Below, piece by piece: positions 13,075 to 26,233 of a DNA stretch of 64,000 nucleotides (position 1 is its first letter; each line of letters begins with the position of its first letter). The notes below the pieces were generated by a model. The model made no database searches and was not told the DNA's origin. It saw only the letters and a program-made list of their open reading frames with translations. The stretch covers positions 6,448,001 through 6,512,000 of the forward strand of contig NC_043016.1 in NCBI RefSeq assembly GCF_006345805.1, written 5' to 3'. The DNA comes from Octopus sinensis. Lineage: Eukaryota. The translations under genes and the position numbers were made by a program.

Positions 13075-13459
13075 CTCTTTTACTTGTTTCAGTCATTTGA
13101 CTGCGGCCATGCTGGAGCACCGCCTTTAGTCGAGCAAATCGACCCCGGGACTTATTCTTTGTAAGCCCAGTACTTATTCTATCGGTCTCTTTTGCTGAAC
13201 CGCTAAGTGACGGGGACATAAACACACCAGCATCGGTTGTCAAGCAATGCTAGGGGGACAAACACAAACACACACATACATATATACATATATACGACAG
13301 GCTTCTTTCAGTTTCCGTCTACCAAATCCACTCACAAGGCATTGGTCGGCCTGGGGCTATAGCAGAAGACACTTGCCCAAGATGCCACGCAGTGGGACTG
13401 AACCTGGAACCATGTGGTTGGTTAGCAAGCTACTTACCACACAGCCACTCCTGCGCCTA
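13075..13459 (-). mobile_element. CORE-like SINE, well-preserved full-length copy
   Basis: Near-identical to 2066-2470 and 61093-61515. Confidence 0.85.
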
Positions 13460-14564
13460 TATGTATATATATATATGTATCATACATCTTATAGATAAAT
13501 GGAAATTTCTGTCTGTCGATCTGTCTGTTACCATCTTGCTGCCTATACTAGTAAACCAATCTTGATGAAGCTTTGCATGTTAAACTAACACCCAGTTCAA
13601 TTATAAGCTAATTGGATTTCAATAAAAATCTATAATCGGCCTCCTAGTGGGGTTGGGCAATTATTTGATAAAATAAAAAGGGTACAAAGAGTGTTGGTGT
13701 GAGGGAAATGTGGCAGCAGAGTGAGAGGGGCTGATATCAGGGAAGGGGAGAACAGCATTGCTTAAGCGACAATATGGAGGGACAGTGGGATGATAACGTT
13801 AATACAGCTGTCATTCATGTATATACATGCAATGCTGCATACATACTTTCATAAATACATAGATACATGCATACACACACACACACTCTCACACATATAC
13901 ATGCATGTATCTACTATACACCATTTTAAACTCGTGATTACTTGTGTGTGCGTTTGTAAATGGGTGTGTGTGTTTGTAAATGTGTGTGTGTATAACGGCC
14001 TATAACTGTCTGTCTCTCTTTTGTAAGGTCTTCCCGGTTGCAGTCAAATATTGTGAAATTTTAAAATTTTGTCAACATTTTCAAATTTGGTATATTGAAA
14101 TAATTTTCCATGTTAAATCTGATTTTGTTATTTATTTGTTCCAGAAAAATTGCAGAAAAATGTTACTGAGGTTTAAAGTTTAATCAATTTTACCTAATCA
14201 GAAAACAGGATTTGGAAGCTGATATTTTCTGCATGATAGCTGTCTATCACAAAATGAAAGCAAAATCATTACAAGGAAGAATTTTTATTAAACAAACGAA
14301 AGCAAAGCAATATGACAACCAAAGTTTTTATAATTTTTAATGAATAAAGTCACGTGAAACCGTTGAACAGGCATGTAAATAATTTAAAAAGGAAAAAAAA
14401 TCCTCAAGGAAGTTTTTTGCAAAACATTACACAAATCTCTCTTGAACAAGAGGCCTATCTGTATGGGAAGGCATGGTCTGATACACGCACGCATGTACCC
14501 CCCCCCCCACCCCCACACACTCACACACACCACATGCACACACACAGATGCATATATTACATAC

Positions 14565-14612
<48 letters not shown>

Positions 14613-14644
14613 TAAGCATATACATATATATATATACATACATA

Positions 14645-14695
<51 letters not shown>

Positions 14696-14703
14696 GGGAG
14701 GAA

Positions 14704-14745
<42 letters not shown>

Positions 14746-14784
14746 CCAAAGTTTACGTGTGCCGCTATATTTTATATATAAAAA

Positions 14785-15089
14785 ATACAAAAATGGGACA
14801 AGAACGGAAAACATCCAGACAATTAGGTGAAACAAAAAGAAAAAGGAAAAACAAAATATCCAGACAGACGATACTAGGAAGACAAGTACGGATCATTCGG
14901 AGTTTTCTCTCCTCAGTCGAGTTCCTGATTATCTTTGCAATTTCGGCTCGAGTATAACCAGCCAAAAGTTCAAAGATAATCTGGAACTCGATTGAGGATA
15001 GACTCGTCTGTCTGGATACTTCGTTTTTCCTTTTTCTTTTGTTTCACCTATTTGTCTGGATGTTTTCCATTCTTGTCCCATTTTTGTAT
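14785..15089. mobile_element. Foldback element (about 300 bp), probably Penelope-like inverted pLTR
   Basis: Arms ATACAAAAATGGGACAAGAACGGAAAACATCCAGAC... / ...GTCTGGATGTTTTCCATTCTTGTCCCATTTTTGTAT, plus inner arms CTCAGTCGAGTTCCTGATTATCTTTG / CAAAGATAATCTGGAACTCGATTGAG. Confidence 0.7.
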
Positions 15090-15100
15090 ACACACACACA

Positions 15101-15155
<55 letters not shown>

Positions 15156-15207
15156 ATATCAGGGAGAATTGAGATATTATTGGAGAGAAGTGTGTGTGGA
15201 TAGATAA

Positions 15208-15752
15208 CACTGGAGAACATCATTCCTATACAATACAAAATCGGTGTCCTGAATCAAAATATAGCCTTCTATTTGACCTATCAGATCTAGTTTTTAAGTT
15301 ATAGTCACTATGTATGTGCGTACATCCACTGAGCCGTGTTCGTTACTTTATTCCAATTCTAAGTTTTTTTAACTTTTCCCATACTTTTTAGATGTGGTGA
15401 ACTAAGCAATAGAAAATGAACATGATGTCCTCTTCAAGAAAGTGTTTTGTTAATTCTACGAAAAGTTTTTTCGTAAATGAAACTTTTTCAAAATACCTGA
15501 AAATCGAAAAAACATCACTGATTTTGCTGAAAGAGCATAGATGTCAAGCTGAGAGACCAAGATAAATATTGGGCCTTGCATAGTGTTTGCAAACAATGTG
15601 CAGAACATTTGCGACAATGGACTAAAGGGACAAGGAAAAGTATGGTATGGTGGGAACCCTATAATCATTTGGACAGCTGCTATTTTTGTAACCGAAATTT
15701 GAAGAGTATTAACCAGAAAAATCAACAAACACTTGTCTATCCTAATCTTGAC
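15208..15752 (+). mobile_element. Chapaev3-like (CMC superfamily) DNA transposon 5' end with degraded transposase N-terminus
   Basis: Starts CACTG. ATG near 15425 gives MSSSRKCFVNS, and later HSVCKQCAEHLRQWTKGTRKSMVWWEPYNHLDSCYFC...YPNL, a Chapa zinc-finger-like C/H pattern. Frameshifted and truncated. Confidence 0.7.
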
Positions 15753-15759
15753 CGGTTCC

Positions 15760-16780
15760 ACACAGTGCGTGCGGAACAGATCCATAGGCATTGACAAGAT
15801 CTAGCCAAACAATGTACAGGTTTTTCTTCAGTTGTTTCGCACAGGTGATTGCTTCCCAGATGGAAAATGCGTGTTCTATGCACCCAGGGATTCCGGGGAT
15901 TCCTGCTTTTTGGATTGCTTCATTAACGTACCCGTTATGCTGTACGAATCTTATAATTCGTCTAGCAATTATTCCGAACATGATTTTCCCGTCTGTATTT
16001 AGTAGTGAAATCGGTCTAAATTGGCCTAGTCTTTTTGCATCTTTCTCTTTAGGTAGATAGATACCTTCGGCTATACACCATCGCTCTGCTACATCTTTCT
16101 TCTTTCACATTTCTCTTATCAGTGTAAACAGCCGCAAGCGTAATTTCGGACAATATTTATACACCTTGTAGCTCACTCCATCTTTCTCTGGCGAACTTTT
16201 TGCTCTTGCTTTTCTTATGAATTCATCCATTTCTTTCCGTTTGATGTCGTTCAAATCAAATGGTACTCTTGGTTCAGGCGGTTTCTTCAGTCCGTGCATT
16301 TCTGAGAGTACTTTATTTCTGTCAGAGTCGCTGTTTGTCTCTTTCAGATGTTGTTCGAGCTCTTCTTTCGTGCAATCCAATTTTCCGCTGCGCCATTTGT
16401 TTCCGGCCACTTAATCTTTGTCTTCTTCACGCCTATCAGTCTTTTTGACTGTTCCAATTCAACAACTGAATGAGCATTGCTATGGTTATTTTCCAGGAGG
16501 TTCTGGCCACACGTCTTATGGTTGATCAACCCACGATTGTTGAATTACTTTCTTCTGGCACACCTTCCCTTGGTGGATTCTCAGCCCGATGTAACTAGCA
16601 TACACCTTTCCGCAGCAGCTGAACTTCTCATCTACCATTCCTTTACCGCTTCCTTTCTCATTGTCCATTTCCTGTCCAAGTCCATTTCGTTTTTTTCCGT
16701 TCCTATTTGATTTTTTATTCTCCCCACGTGGTCCGGGATCATGGGGGCATGATTTCCCATGCTTTTTCTGTCCTGCATTC
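15760..16780 (-). mobile_element. HERO/NeSL-like (RLE-type) non-LTR retrotransposon fragment: N-terminal zinc finger plus RT motifs 0-3
   Basis: CCGKVYASYIGLRIHQGKVC; KIKWP; KARAKSSPEKDGVSYKVYKYCPKL; EGIYLPKEK..QFRPISLLNTDGKI; QKAGIPGIPGCIEH; VWLDLVNAYGSVPH. One in-frame stop and frameshifts. Confidence 0.85.
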
Positions 16781-16955
16781 ACCATGATAAATCGCTAGCC
16801 ACTACACATTCTTTATTTCCTCTTCTTGTTTCTTTCTGTGGAAGAGCGTAGGCTCGAAACTTTAATGACTTTTTCACTTCCCTAACGTTATACTAATACA
16901 TCTGTTTGTTGTCTACACCACCTGTCTTCGTCATTTTTTTTGTGAATTCTCCCTA
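16780..16955 (+). mobile_element. Penelope-like short repeat, family B, hammerhead-like motif at 16832-16868
   Basis: CTTT-CTGTGGA-A-GAGC-GTAG-GCTC-GAAAC-TTT. Homologous to 285-500. Confidence 0.55.
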
Positions 16956-16956
16956 T

Positions 16957-17020
<64 letters not shown>

Positions 17021-17240
17021 GTATATATATGTATGTATCTAGTTTGCAAATGAAAGAGCTTTGACGAACAAAAACAAAACAAATGACTTCCTGTTTGACC
17101 AAATTAGACAAGCAGATGTTTAATTAGTTGGGTATTTAAGCAATTGACTAATGGCGAAGGAGTGGTACAAACCAGTGCTTGTGTTAATTGTATTGGCATA
17201 ATGACCCTTTCTACACACACATTATGTGAGTGTGTGTGTT

Positions 17241-17291
<51 letters not shown>

Positions 17292-17303
17292 ATATATATA
17301 TAC

Positions 17304-17385
<82 letters not shown>

Positions 17386-18353
17386 GTACCCTACCTACCT
17401 ACATACATATAAGTATATACATGTATATATATATATATATGCATTTATATGCACACACACACACACACATATATATATGTGTGTGTGTGTTTGTTTGTTT
17501 TGCTGTTTACTTGATATCAGGGCAGTAGTTTTAAGTGCAAGAGGTGTCCTTTGATTCCAGTCTTCCATGTCTGGGCAAGGTGAAATATTACCTTTCTCGG
17601 AAACAGGTGAGAGTTGGTGATGGGAATGGTATCAGGCTGTACAAGGTGGCGAGCTGGCAGAAACGTTAGCACGCCGGGCGAAATGCTTAGCGGTATTTCG
17701 TCTGCCGCTACGTTCTGAGTTCAAATTCCACCGAGGCCGACTTTGCCTTTCATCCTTTCGGGGTCGATTAAATAAGTACTAGTTATGCACTGGGGTCGAT
17801 ATAATCGGCTTAATCCGTTTGTCTGTCCTTGTTTGTCCTCTCTGTGTCTAGCCCCTTGTGGGTAGTAAAGAAATAGGTATCTGGCTGTACAAAATTTGTA
17901 TTATCTATTTGAGCATGGAAAACCGAATGCTTCATATATATTCTTTTATTCTTTTACTTTTTTCAGTCATTTGACTGTGGTTATGCTGGAGCACCACCTC
18001 TCGTCAAACAAATCGACCCCATAACTTATTCTTTGTAAGCCTAGTACTCATTCTATTGGTCTCTTTTTGCCAAACCGCTAAGTTATGGGAACATAAACAC
18101 ACCAACATCGGTTGTTGCGTGATGATAGGGGGTCAAACACAGACACACAAACATATACATATACACATACATAAATATATATACATGATGGGCTTCTTTC
18201 AGTTTCTGTCTACCAAATCCACTCACAAAGCCTTGGTTGGCCTGAGGCTATAGTAGAAGACATGTGCCCAAGGTACCATGCAGTGGGACTGAACCTGAAC
18301 CTGGAACCATGCAGTTGGGAAACTTCTTACCACACAGCCATATATATATATAT

Positions 18354-19454
18354 TGTTACGAACCTGCCGTCGCTCAAACTCTTCGGAAACCCGGGACCCT
18401 ACCAAGTCGAGCGACGACGATTGACCGGCTCGATCGATCGGCGAATTCGCCACGGAATGAGAGAATTCGGTGGGGGGGGGGGCGTGGCGACCGGAGAGAA
18501 CAACAACAACAGCAGCAGGAAGAGTCGCAGAGAGACACGGCGGAAGGCAATTTGGCTTACGTTTAACAACAGTTTATAACAATTACGACATCAAATACAA
18601 TGTAAAATACATCAGGTACATCAAAGAGAATAACATGCAACAAAATTAACAAGTAGTTAAACAAAATCAAAGCATTTAAACATAACTCGTCGTTCGAAAA
18701 CAATCAAAGGCATGCACAATACAGAACGTCCGAAGCAATCAAAACAGTTCAAATTGATGCAATATAGTTCAGAGTTCAATGTTCTACATTAAAGTCTTTC
18801 TCTTTCTTTTTTCTTTTCGACACAACAACTCTGTAACACAATTCACAATGTTCTTTATAATCTCATTTCTTTTCTTCCTTAACACAATGTTCTTTCTTTT
18901 TTTTTTCACATCAATTCTTTTTCCTTCTTTAACACATCAAAACATAAACAAACATACCGTTACAAGCTCCTACTACAAATAGCCAATCCCTTCACGCCGT
19001 AATCTCCCTCACCTCCTCAATCTTCTGTGTATGTCTCTCTCAACGTTGTCGCTGACCCTCGCCGTAATCTCTCCCAGCTCCTTCTCAGCTCCTTAATCCT
19101 ATCTGCCTGTCTTCCTCTACGCTGTCATTCTCTCGCTTGTCATCCCTCACATTCCCTGTCTGTCTCTTGCCAACTGACCGCCTCCTCCGGCCCCTTTTGC
19201 TGTCTCAGGCAGAACTCCTAAACTGCCCTGTTACCAATTCACTGACTCCGGCCGAACTGTCCAACAAACTCACAGCTCCCGCTTTTTAAAGGGGTGCTTC
19301 CTCGACCCTTCTTTGACCGGCACAGGATCGAAGGTCTCTTCAAAAGTCGTTACTCTTTCCAGAAAATGGCAGAACAAAGGATTTACTCGCCTGCTTGATG
19401 CCAGCTCACAAAAAGTAGGTCGCAAGCACTGTCCCCGAATTGACCCCCATATCA
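18354..19454 (-). mobile_element. Solo LTR (about 1.1 kb) inserted in a (TA)n tract
   Basis: Begins TG(TTACG) and ends (CATAT)CA with ATAT on both sides. CpG-rich compared with flanks. TATA-like TTTAAAAAG on minus near 19285. No coding capacity. Confidence 0.7.
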
Positions 19455-19468
19455 ATATATATATATAT

Positions 19469-19730
19469 ATCTGTAAAAATAACATGTGACAATTATTTGG
19501 TAGCCAAGATAAAACTCTGAGTTTCGCATGCCAAGGGTGAAATCCACACCACCATCTCTTCACCAAATAACCGAAGAGATGGTATTGTGGATTTCCACCT
19601 CGGCATCCAAAACTCAGAGTTCTATCTTGGCTACCGAATAATTCTCACATATTATTTTTACAGATAAATTCCTCTATTTACATAATATCGAGGTCTCTTT
19701 CTTTCTTTTGTTATCTTACCATTTTTACCT
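19469..19730. mobile_element. Foldback element with two opposed hammerhead-like motifs (Penelope-like)
   Basis: Arms span 19469-19665. Plus arm CCGAAGA-GATG...CATC-CAAAACTC-A-GAGTTC; minus arm GTGAAGA-GATG...CATGC-GAAACTC-A-GAGTTT. Confidence 0.65.
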
Positions 19731-19751
19731 ATATATATATATATATATATA

Positions 19752-19783
<32 letters not shown>

Positions 19784-20339
19784 TAAAAAGCAGATAATAT
19801 ATATAATATGAATAAGCATGAACAAATGGAAAGCACACACATTTTAATTATTTATATATTGCAGTGTTAGAAACCCATTTCAAATGATTTTGCCAATCAG
19901 TTTCGTACACAAAACTTTTAGGAGAACTAATCTAGTCGATGGAACTGATTGGTAAAATTGGCTGGAATGAGTCTGTAGCACTGTAATTGGTAAATGATTA
20001 TATACCCTCCTTTCTACTCACAACTACAAGTGCCTAGTTCTCCTGACTAATGGATTCTTACATAACTCTGTCTGCCTGCCTGTCTCTCTCCCTCCCCCTA
20101 TATATATATCATCCTCCTCCTCCTCATCATCATCGTTTAACGCCTGCTTTCCATGCTAGCATCAAAGAGTGTAGTTTGGAAACTCCATCCAGTTTCCCAT
20201 TCTTCCCGAGTGCTGTCCCTGCTTGTTGTTCCTTCACTTGTCTTTGGCTTTTGTTTCCTGTAAATTTGAACTATATATACATATACATATAAATTGAACT
20301 ATATATACATATACATATATATATATATATATATACCAA

Positions 20340-20490
20340 ATATATACGTTTTTATTATTTTTTTGCAATTTACTTAATCTTCGGTATATTATTGTTATTT
20401 TAATTTTAATATTTCTATTATATGTAATTTTCTATATGGTGTAATTTAATTGTTCATTTTGAATTGATAAAAGGTGTTTTTTTTCTAATT
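20340..20490. repeat. AT-rich dispersed repeat with an inverted partner at 21895-22000
   Basis: TATTGTTATTTTAATTTTAATATTTCTATTATATGTAATTTTCTA..GGTGTAATTTAATT..CATTTTGAATTGATAAAAGGTGTTT is the reverse complement of 21905-22000. Confidence 0.7.
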
Positions 20491-20508
20491 TATATATATA
20501 TATATATA

Positions 20509-20700
20509 TAGTTAATCCAAACAAGAAAACACAAAAAACACAGCAACTCGAGGACGTGGAACAAATAAAGTATTATTGGACGCTCAGGAAAGAAGAGAAG
20601 AAGGAGGGTTTAACGTTTCGAGCGGAGCTCTTCGTTGGAAACAAAGGAGAAGGGAAGACAGAGGAAAAAAAATTGCTGGCGGTGCTCACGAGGTCATATG
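20509..20700 (-). mobile_element. Penelope-like short repeat, family C (decayed hammerhead core at 20608-20642)
   Basis: Minus strand GTTT-CCAACGA-A-GAGCTCCGCTC-GAAAC-GTT-AAAC. Homologous to 34144-34352 and 58672-58880. Confidence 0.65.
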
Positions 20701-22015
20701 CATATACACATATATGCAATTATTTCTTTTATCATTTACTCGCTTCAATCACAGGACTGCTGCCATGCTGTAGTATCACCGTCAGTGGATTTAGTCAAAC
20801 AAATTAACCCCTAAACTTATTTTCCTTTTCAAGTCTGGTTCAATATTCAATTGGTCTCTTGTACCAAACCATTAAGTTATGGGGATGTAGACAATATAAA
20901 AAATTAAAAAATGAACAATGCTTGTGAGATCACCATGGTGATGGTGAGGGATAAAGATAAATATAGATGTAAAGACATATACACGTAAACATATATAAAT
21001 ACGTGACTGACTTCTTTGAGTTTTTGTCAACCAAATCCACTCACAAGGCTTGGTCAGCTTGTGGCTATAGTAGAAGAAACTTGCCTAAGGCACACACATT
21101 ACGCAGGTGCTAAGCTTGGTGCTGGTTTTAAATATGGCAAGCTATATAAAACATGAAAATCTCAAAAATCTGCCAACGTATAGATCTTTGAGCTATTCTA
21201 AGGTGGCTCCAGTTGGTTTCAAGACCCTAAGATGTAGCTTGTTTAACATAACTTGGAGTTAAGTTAGGATTTATATGTTAGGATTATATATATTTCTTTA
21301 TTGCCCACAAGGGGCTAAACACAGAGGAGACAAACAAGGACAGACAAACGGATTAAGTCGATTACATCGACCCCAGTGTGAAACTGGTACTTTATTTATC
21401 GACCCCGAGAAGATGAAAGGCAAAGTCGACCTCGGTGGATTTTGAACTCAGAGCTTAACGACAGACGAAATACCGCTAAGCATTTCGCCCAGTGTGCTAA
21501 CATTTCTGCCAGCTAGGATTATATAATGGGAAAATCATTTAATCGTTTAAGAACAAAGAAAATCTGTTATATTCACTTGTATTTATGTCTATATACTATT
21601 GTCTACTTTTTATGCACCAAGTTCTGTGTAACCTCTTTGACCAGTCCACTGACACAATTTTGTCTCATAATAGACAATAAATGTGGAGGAAGAAATGAAA
21701 GTGAAAATAATGGTTTTTGTGTGATTTTTAAATGGCTGCATTAAGTAATTGTTTCAGTGTCAATATATCGACTCAGATAATGTCATTTGTGAACACTAAC
21801 AACATACATACATACGTTCACGCATGCATACACACACACGCACACACACGCACACACACACACACACACATGTGTGTGTATTTATATATATATATTAAAT
21901 ATTAGAAAGAAACACCTTTTATCAATTCAAAATGAATAATTAAATTACACCATCTAGAAAATTACATATAATAGAAATATTAAAATTAAAATAACAATAA
22001 AATGTCAATGATTAA

Positions 22016-22063
<48 letters not shown>

Positions 22064-22143
22064 TATATATACCACATAATATACATACATATACATACAT
22101 ATACATACATACAGACATAAATACATACATACTTATACACATA

Positions 22144-22394
22144 TATTGGGTTGGTGCATAATTATTACAGCTTTTTCCAAACAAATTTTATTCAACAAAA
22201 AAAATAACAATATTTAACAAAAACATTTTTAAATGACGGTCTGACCGTCTGTCAAGCAAATGGGAAGCAGTAAATGAAGTAGATGGTGAATATGCTCCAG
22301 AATAATCATTTAAAGATGTTTTTGTTACATGTTGTTATTGTTGAATAAAATTTGTTGAAGAAAAGCCAAAATATAATTATGCACCAACCCAATA
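22144..22394 (+). mobile_element. Mariner-derived MITE
   Basis: TA-TTGGGTTGGTGCATAATTAT...ATAATTATGCACCAACCCAA-TA with long imperfect subterminal IRs. Core encodes WEAVNEVDGEYAPE*, a mariner transposase C-terminus. Confidence 0.85.
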
Positions 22395-23885
22395 TTTATG
22401 ATGGCTGTGTACTCGTTAGATGTAATTAGACCATTCTTTGTGTGCAGCTCATTCTCTATCTCTAATAATCTGTCACACTACTCTCAGTCAGCACAATTAC
22501 CAGCATATCCAACTTCTCTATTCCTCCATTCTATTCTGTCTCTCATCATCACCTTGCACCTTGACTTTACATCTCTCTCTCTCTCTTACTTTCCAGGTGG
22601 GCAAGTCTGATCAAGAAGTAATTGGACTGTTGCTATATTAACAAAGCTAAATCACGCAAAGTGAAGCTGCTGGGCACACATTGACCTTGGACTCTGTTGC
22701 ACATGCACATTAAGTTGTAACATCCTCATCCACTTCTATTGTTTACACCAGTGCTTGGAAGCAAAGTTTGTAGAGAGTGATCTTCTCAAAAAGGCAATTG
22801 GGCTTCAGTTGTGCAAATTCTAGATTGTGTTGGGGCGAAAGAGTACAGCAGGGGTCGCCACCACCTCCTGCTAGAGCCTCGTGGAGCTTTAGGTGTTTTC
22901 GCTCAATAAACACACACAATGCCTGGTCTGGGAATCGAAATCGCGATCCTCCGACCGCGAGTCTGCTGCTCTAACCACTGGGCCATTGCACCTCCACTGC
23001 TGTTGCTGCTGTTGCTGCTACTACTCCCACTGCTGCCACTGCCACCGTGACTACACTCACCGCTACAACTGCCACCACCATCACCCCTCCAACAACAACA
23101 ACATCAGCATCATCATCACTAAGTACAATACTGCCACCGCTAATAGCAATAACATCACAGAACACCACTTCCAACAACAAAATCAACAACAAAAACAACA
23201 ACACTTTTCTGAAGAATGAAAATAGAAATATACAAAAATATAGAAAATGGTGTTTGTATAAATTACAAAAAAAAAACAACAGTTTGGCAGCTTTTACGAT
23301 ATTAGAATATATTGCAATGGAAAGACAAGAAACTTGATCATGTCTGCTGTCTACTTGAAGTGTATGAAGAAAATGGTTTCACAGAGATTCTTATTAATGG
23401 ATCTCAAAATAGATGAACATGTTCTGACAACCAATTCCTGTTTGTGAGATTCTTGAGAAGTTCCAACCCACCAAAATCTTTGACCATAAGTATCTGTTTG
23501 CAACATTTAGAGACTCAGCATACAACCTACCCTGTCCCACCTCAAATCTCCATCTTTGACAACTTTCAGTGAAGATTCTGGACCAATTCAAAGAAATTCT
23601 TCAAAGAAGGCTTTGCTTTTGTTCACCACAAGTCAACCCTGACCAGGAAGGGAATCAATGCAAAATTATCAAGGAAATTTAGTGTTATATTATACAGTGG
23701 GTCCTTCTTCCTTTAAGATGATTTTGAGTGAATGAGTAGAAGATTTCACTGCTATTTTTAGCAGGTTTAGGGATAATGCAACAGTTCTCTCTTTGGTTTG
23801 CCATACAAGGGTTAATTGTTGTATGCAATGCAGTGTGATAGTATGATGTAGTGCAGAAGTATTGTATGTGGTCAATTCCAGCATG

Positions 23886-24111
23886 TATGCAGGGTGGGGG
23901 GTGCTGAAAAGTTCCTGGTTTTAAGGGCGTTATGGAAAGCTGATTGGAGGCCCTGCCTTTTGAGTTCTTTTATACGCCTTTCAAAAACTGAAGGACCACT
24001 GCGATAAGTGTGTGAATCAGAGAGGTGAATATATCTAATAAAATCATAATTAACTGATCCTCCTCTATTTTCTTTTACCTAAAGCCAGGAACTTTTCAGC
24101 ACACCCTCATA
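23886..24111 (+). mobile_element. Mariner-derived MITE
   Basis: TIR GTGCTGAAAAGTTCCTGG / CCAGGAACTTTTCAGCAC. Core reads KLKDHCDKCVNQRGEYI. Confidence 0.8.
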
Positions 24112-24642
24112 TTGTACCAATGCAAGGTAATTAATTAATTGTCTAAATAATCACTTCAGTCAGTCATTAGAAGAGTTTAGTTGAACAAATTGTGCCCAGC
24201 ATGATACTTTTTCTGTTGGTCTCTTTCCCCCAAACTGCTACATTATAAGGATGTAAACAAACCAACTACCAATTGTCAAGGGGTGCTAGTGGGACAAAAA
24301 CAAAAACAAAGACACACACACATGTGTATGATGGGCTTCTTTCAGTTTCCAACTACCAAATTCACTCATACAATTTTGGCCAGTAGACGACATTTGCTGG
24401 AGATGCCACACAGTGGAAATGAACCTGGAACCATGTGGTTGGGAAGCAAACTTCTTACCACACAGCCACGCATGCTCCTGTACTGTAAATAATTACAAAG
24501 ATCAATTATTAATTGCAAATAAGTGTGTTTAATGCTTTCTGATATTTTTAATATTTTAAGTGAATAAATATAAGAAATGTACAGTATATATACACATTAT
24601 AGATGTAAAAAAAATGCGACAAGACACAAACACACACACAGC

Positions 24643-24702
<60 letters not shown>

Positions 24703-24721
24703 ATATATATATATGTATGTA

Positions 24722-24754
<33 letters not shown>

Positions 24755-25102
24755 TTATACATATATGTATGTATTATACATATATCTATGTATAGATGTA
24801 TATATGTGTGTATAATGTCTATATGTATTAGGTCATCACCTTCATGCCTGCATTCCCTTCTTGTTTGTAACCTTTTCTTTCTCTCACTCTTCCTCTCACT
24901 GACTATTCCTTTTTATTATTGATGAAGATTAATGTTCAAAATATCAAGACACTTTTACTTTCCAGTAAAGTGCTGAGCTAATACTGTATTTGTTAAATCT
25001 GTTGAATTTTTATTGTAAATTATATCTACATTGTGTGTGTGTACATGTGTGTACTGTGTGTGTATGTAGCTGTGGTTGTGTAGTTAAAGAGCTTGCTTCT
25101 CA

Positions 25103-25189
25103 ATCATCTTCATCATCATCACCATCACCATCATCATCATCATCATCATCATCATCATTATCATCATCATCATCATCATCATCATCATG

Positions 25190-25235
<46 letters not shown>

Positions 25236-25262
25236 CCACTACAATCAACATCATCATTACCA
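25103..25262. repeat. (CAT)n microsatellite
   Basis: Directly visible; source of the poly-His/poly-Ser pseudo-ORFs. Confidence 0.95.
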
Positions 25263-26177
25263 TCCTTCTTCATCTTTTCCTCTTCAGCATCCCCTTCCTT
25301 CCACTCCTCCTCCTTTCCATGATGATACTGATGCTGTTTAAAAAGTAAACTTGCACATGTAATATATCAACTTGCAATAGGACACATAATCCCAACAGGC
25401 CAAGCCATTTGGATATAAATGATGGTTTATAGGATTAAAGAATTAGTGAAACTGATTAATTAATATAATAGGAGAAAAAAAAAACCAACAAGCAAACAAA
25501 CAGCAACAAGAAACAGACAAACAAATTAGAAGAATTAAACATGGATCTACAAAATGAAAGAACATGAATGAATGAATCTAACAATGAAGGTATTAAAGCT
25601 GTTTTGGTCCACTGATGGGTAAAATAATAAAGTGAAATAACACACACACATATACGTGTGTACATGTGTGTGTATGCGTATGTGTATGTGTGTGTATGTA
25701 TGTGTGTGTGTGTATAAGATATATATATTATATATATATATATATATTATATATATACACACACCACACAACAGACGTTTTTTTGTCTACCAAATCCATT
25801 CACAAGGCTTGGTTGGCTCAAGTTATAGTAGAAGACACTTGCCCAAGGTACCACACAGTGGGTTTGAACTTGGAATCATGTTGGTGGGAAGCAAACATCC
25901 TTAAACAACCCTTATTCAGGGACCTTTGAGTGGGAGGGTTACTTGACCAGAAGGAATTCTAACTGGGCTCCACCTACAAGGTCATGCGCTGTTTATATTG
26001 ATGTGAGATCACCATGTCGCGCACATATGGTTGTGATGCATGTGCCTGGGTACCCTTATCAGACGGGTAGTCATGATGGGTATACTGGGTTTTGTATATT
26101 TTACCCCAGTGTCACTTTGAATGCATGCACTACTCTCTCACTCAATAATAACTATAATAATAATAATGATAATAATG

Positions 26178-26232
<55 letters not shown>

Positions 26233-26233
<1 letters not shown>

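Noticed and set aside
14888-14925. Minus-strand CTGAGGA-GAGAAAACTC-CGAATG in the 14.8 kb foldback
   Set aside because: The register does not give a GAAA/UH junction or stem I; not counted as a ribozyme.
25093-25341. Poly-histidine ORF
   Set aside because: It is a (CAT)n microsatellite.
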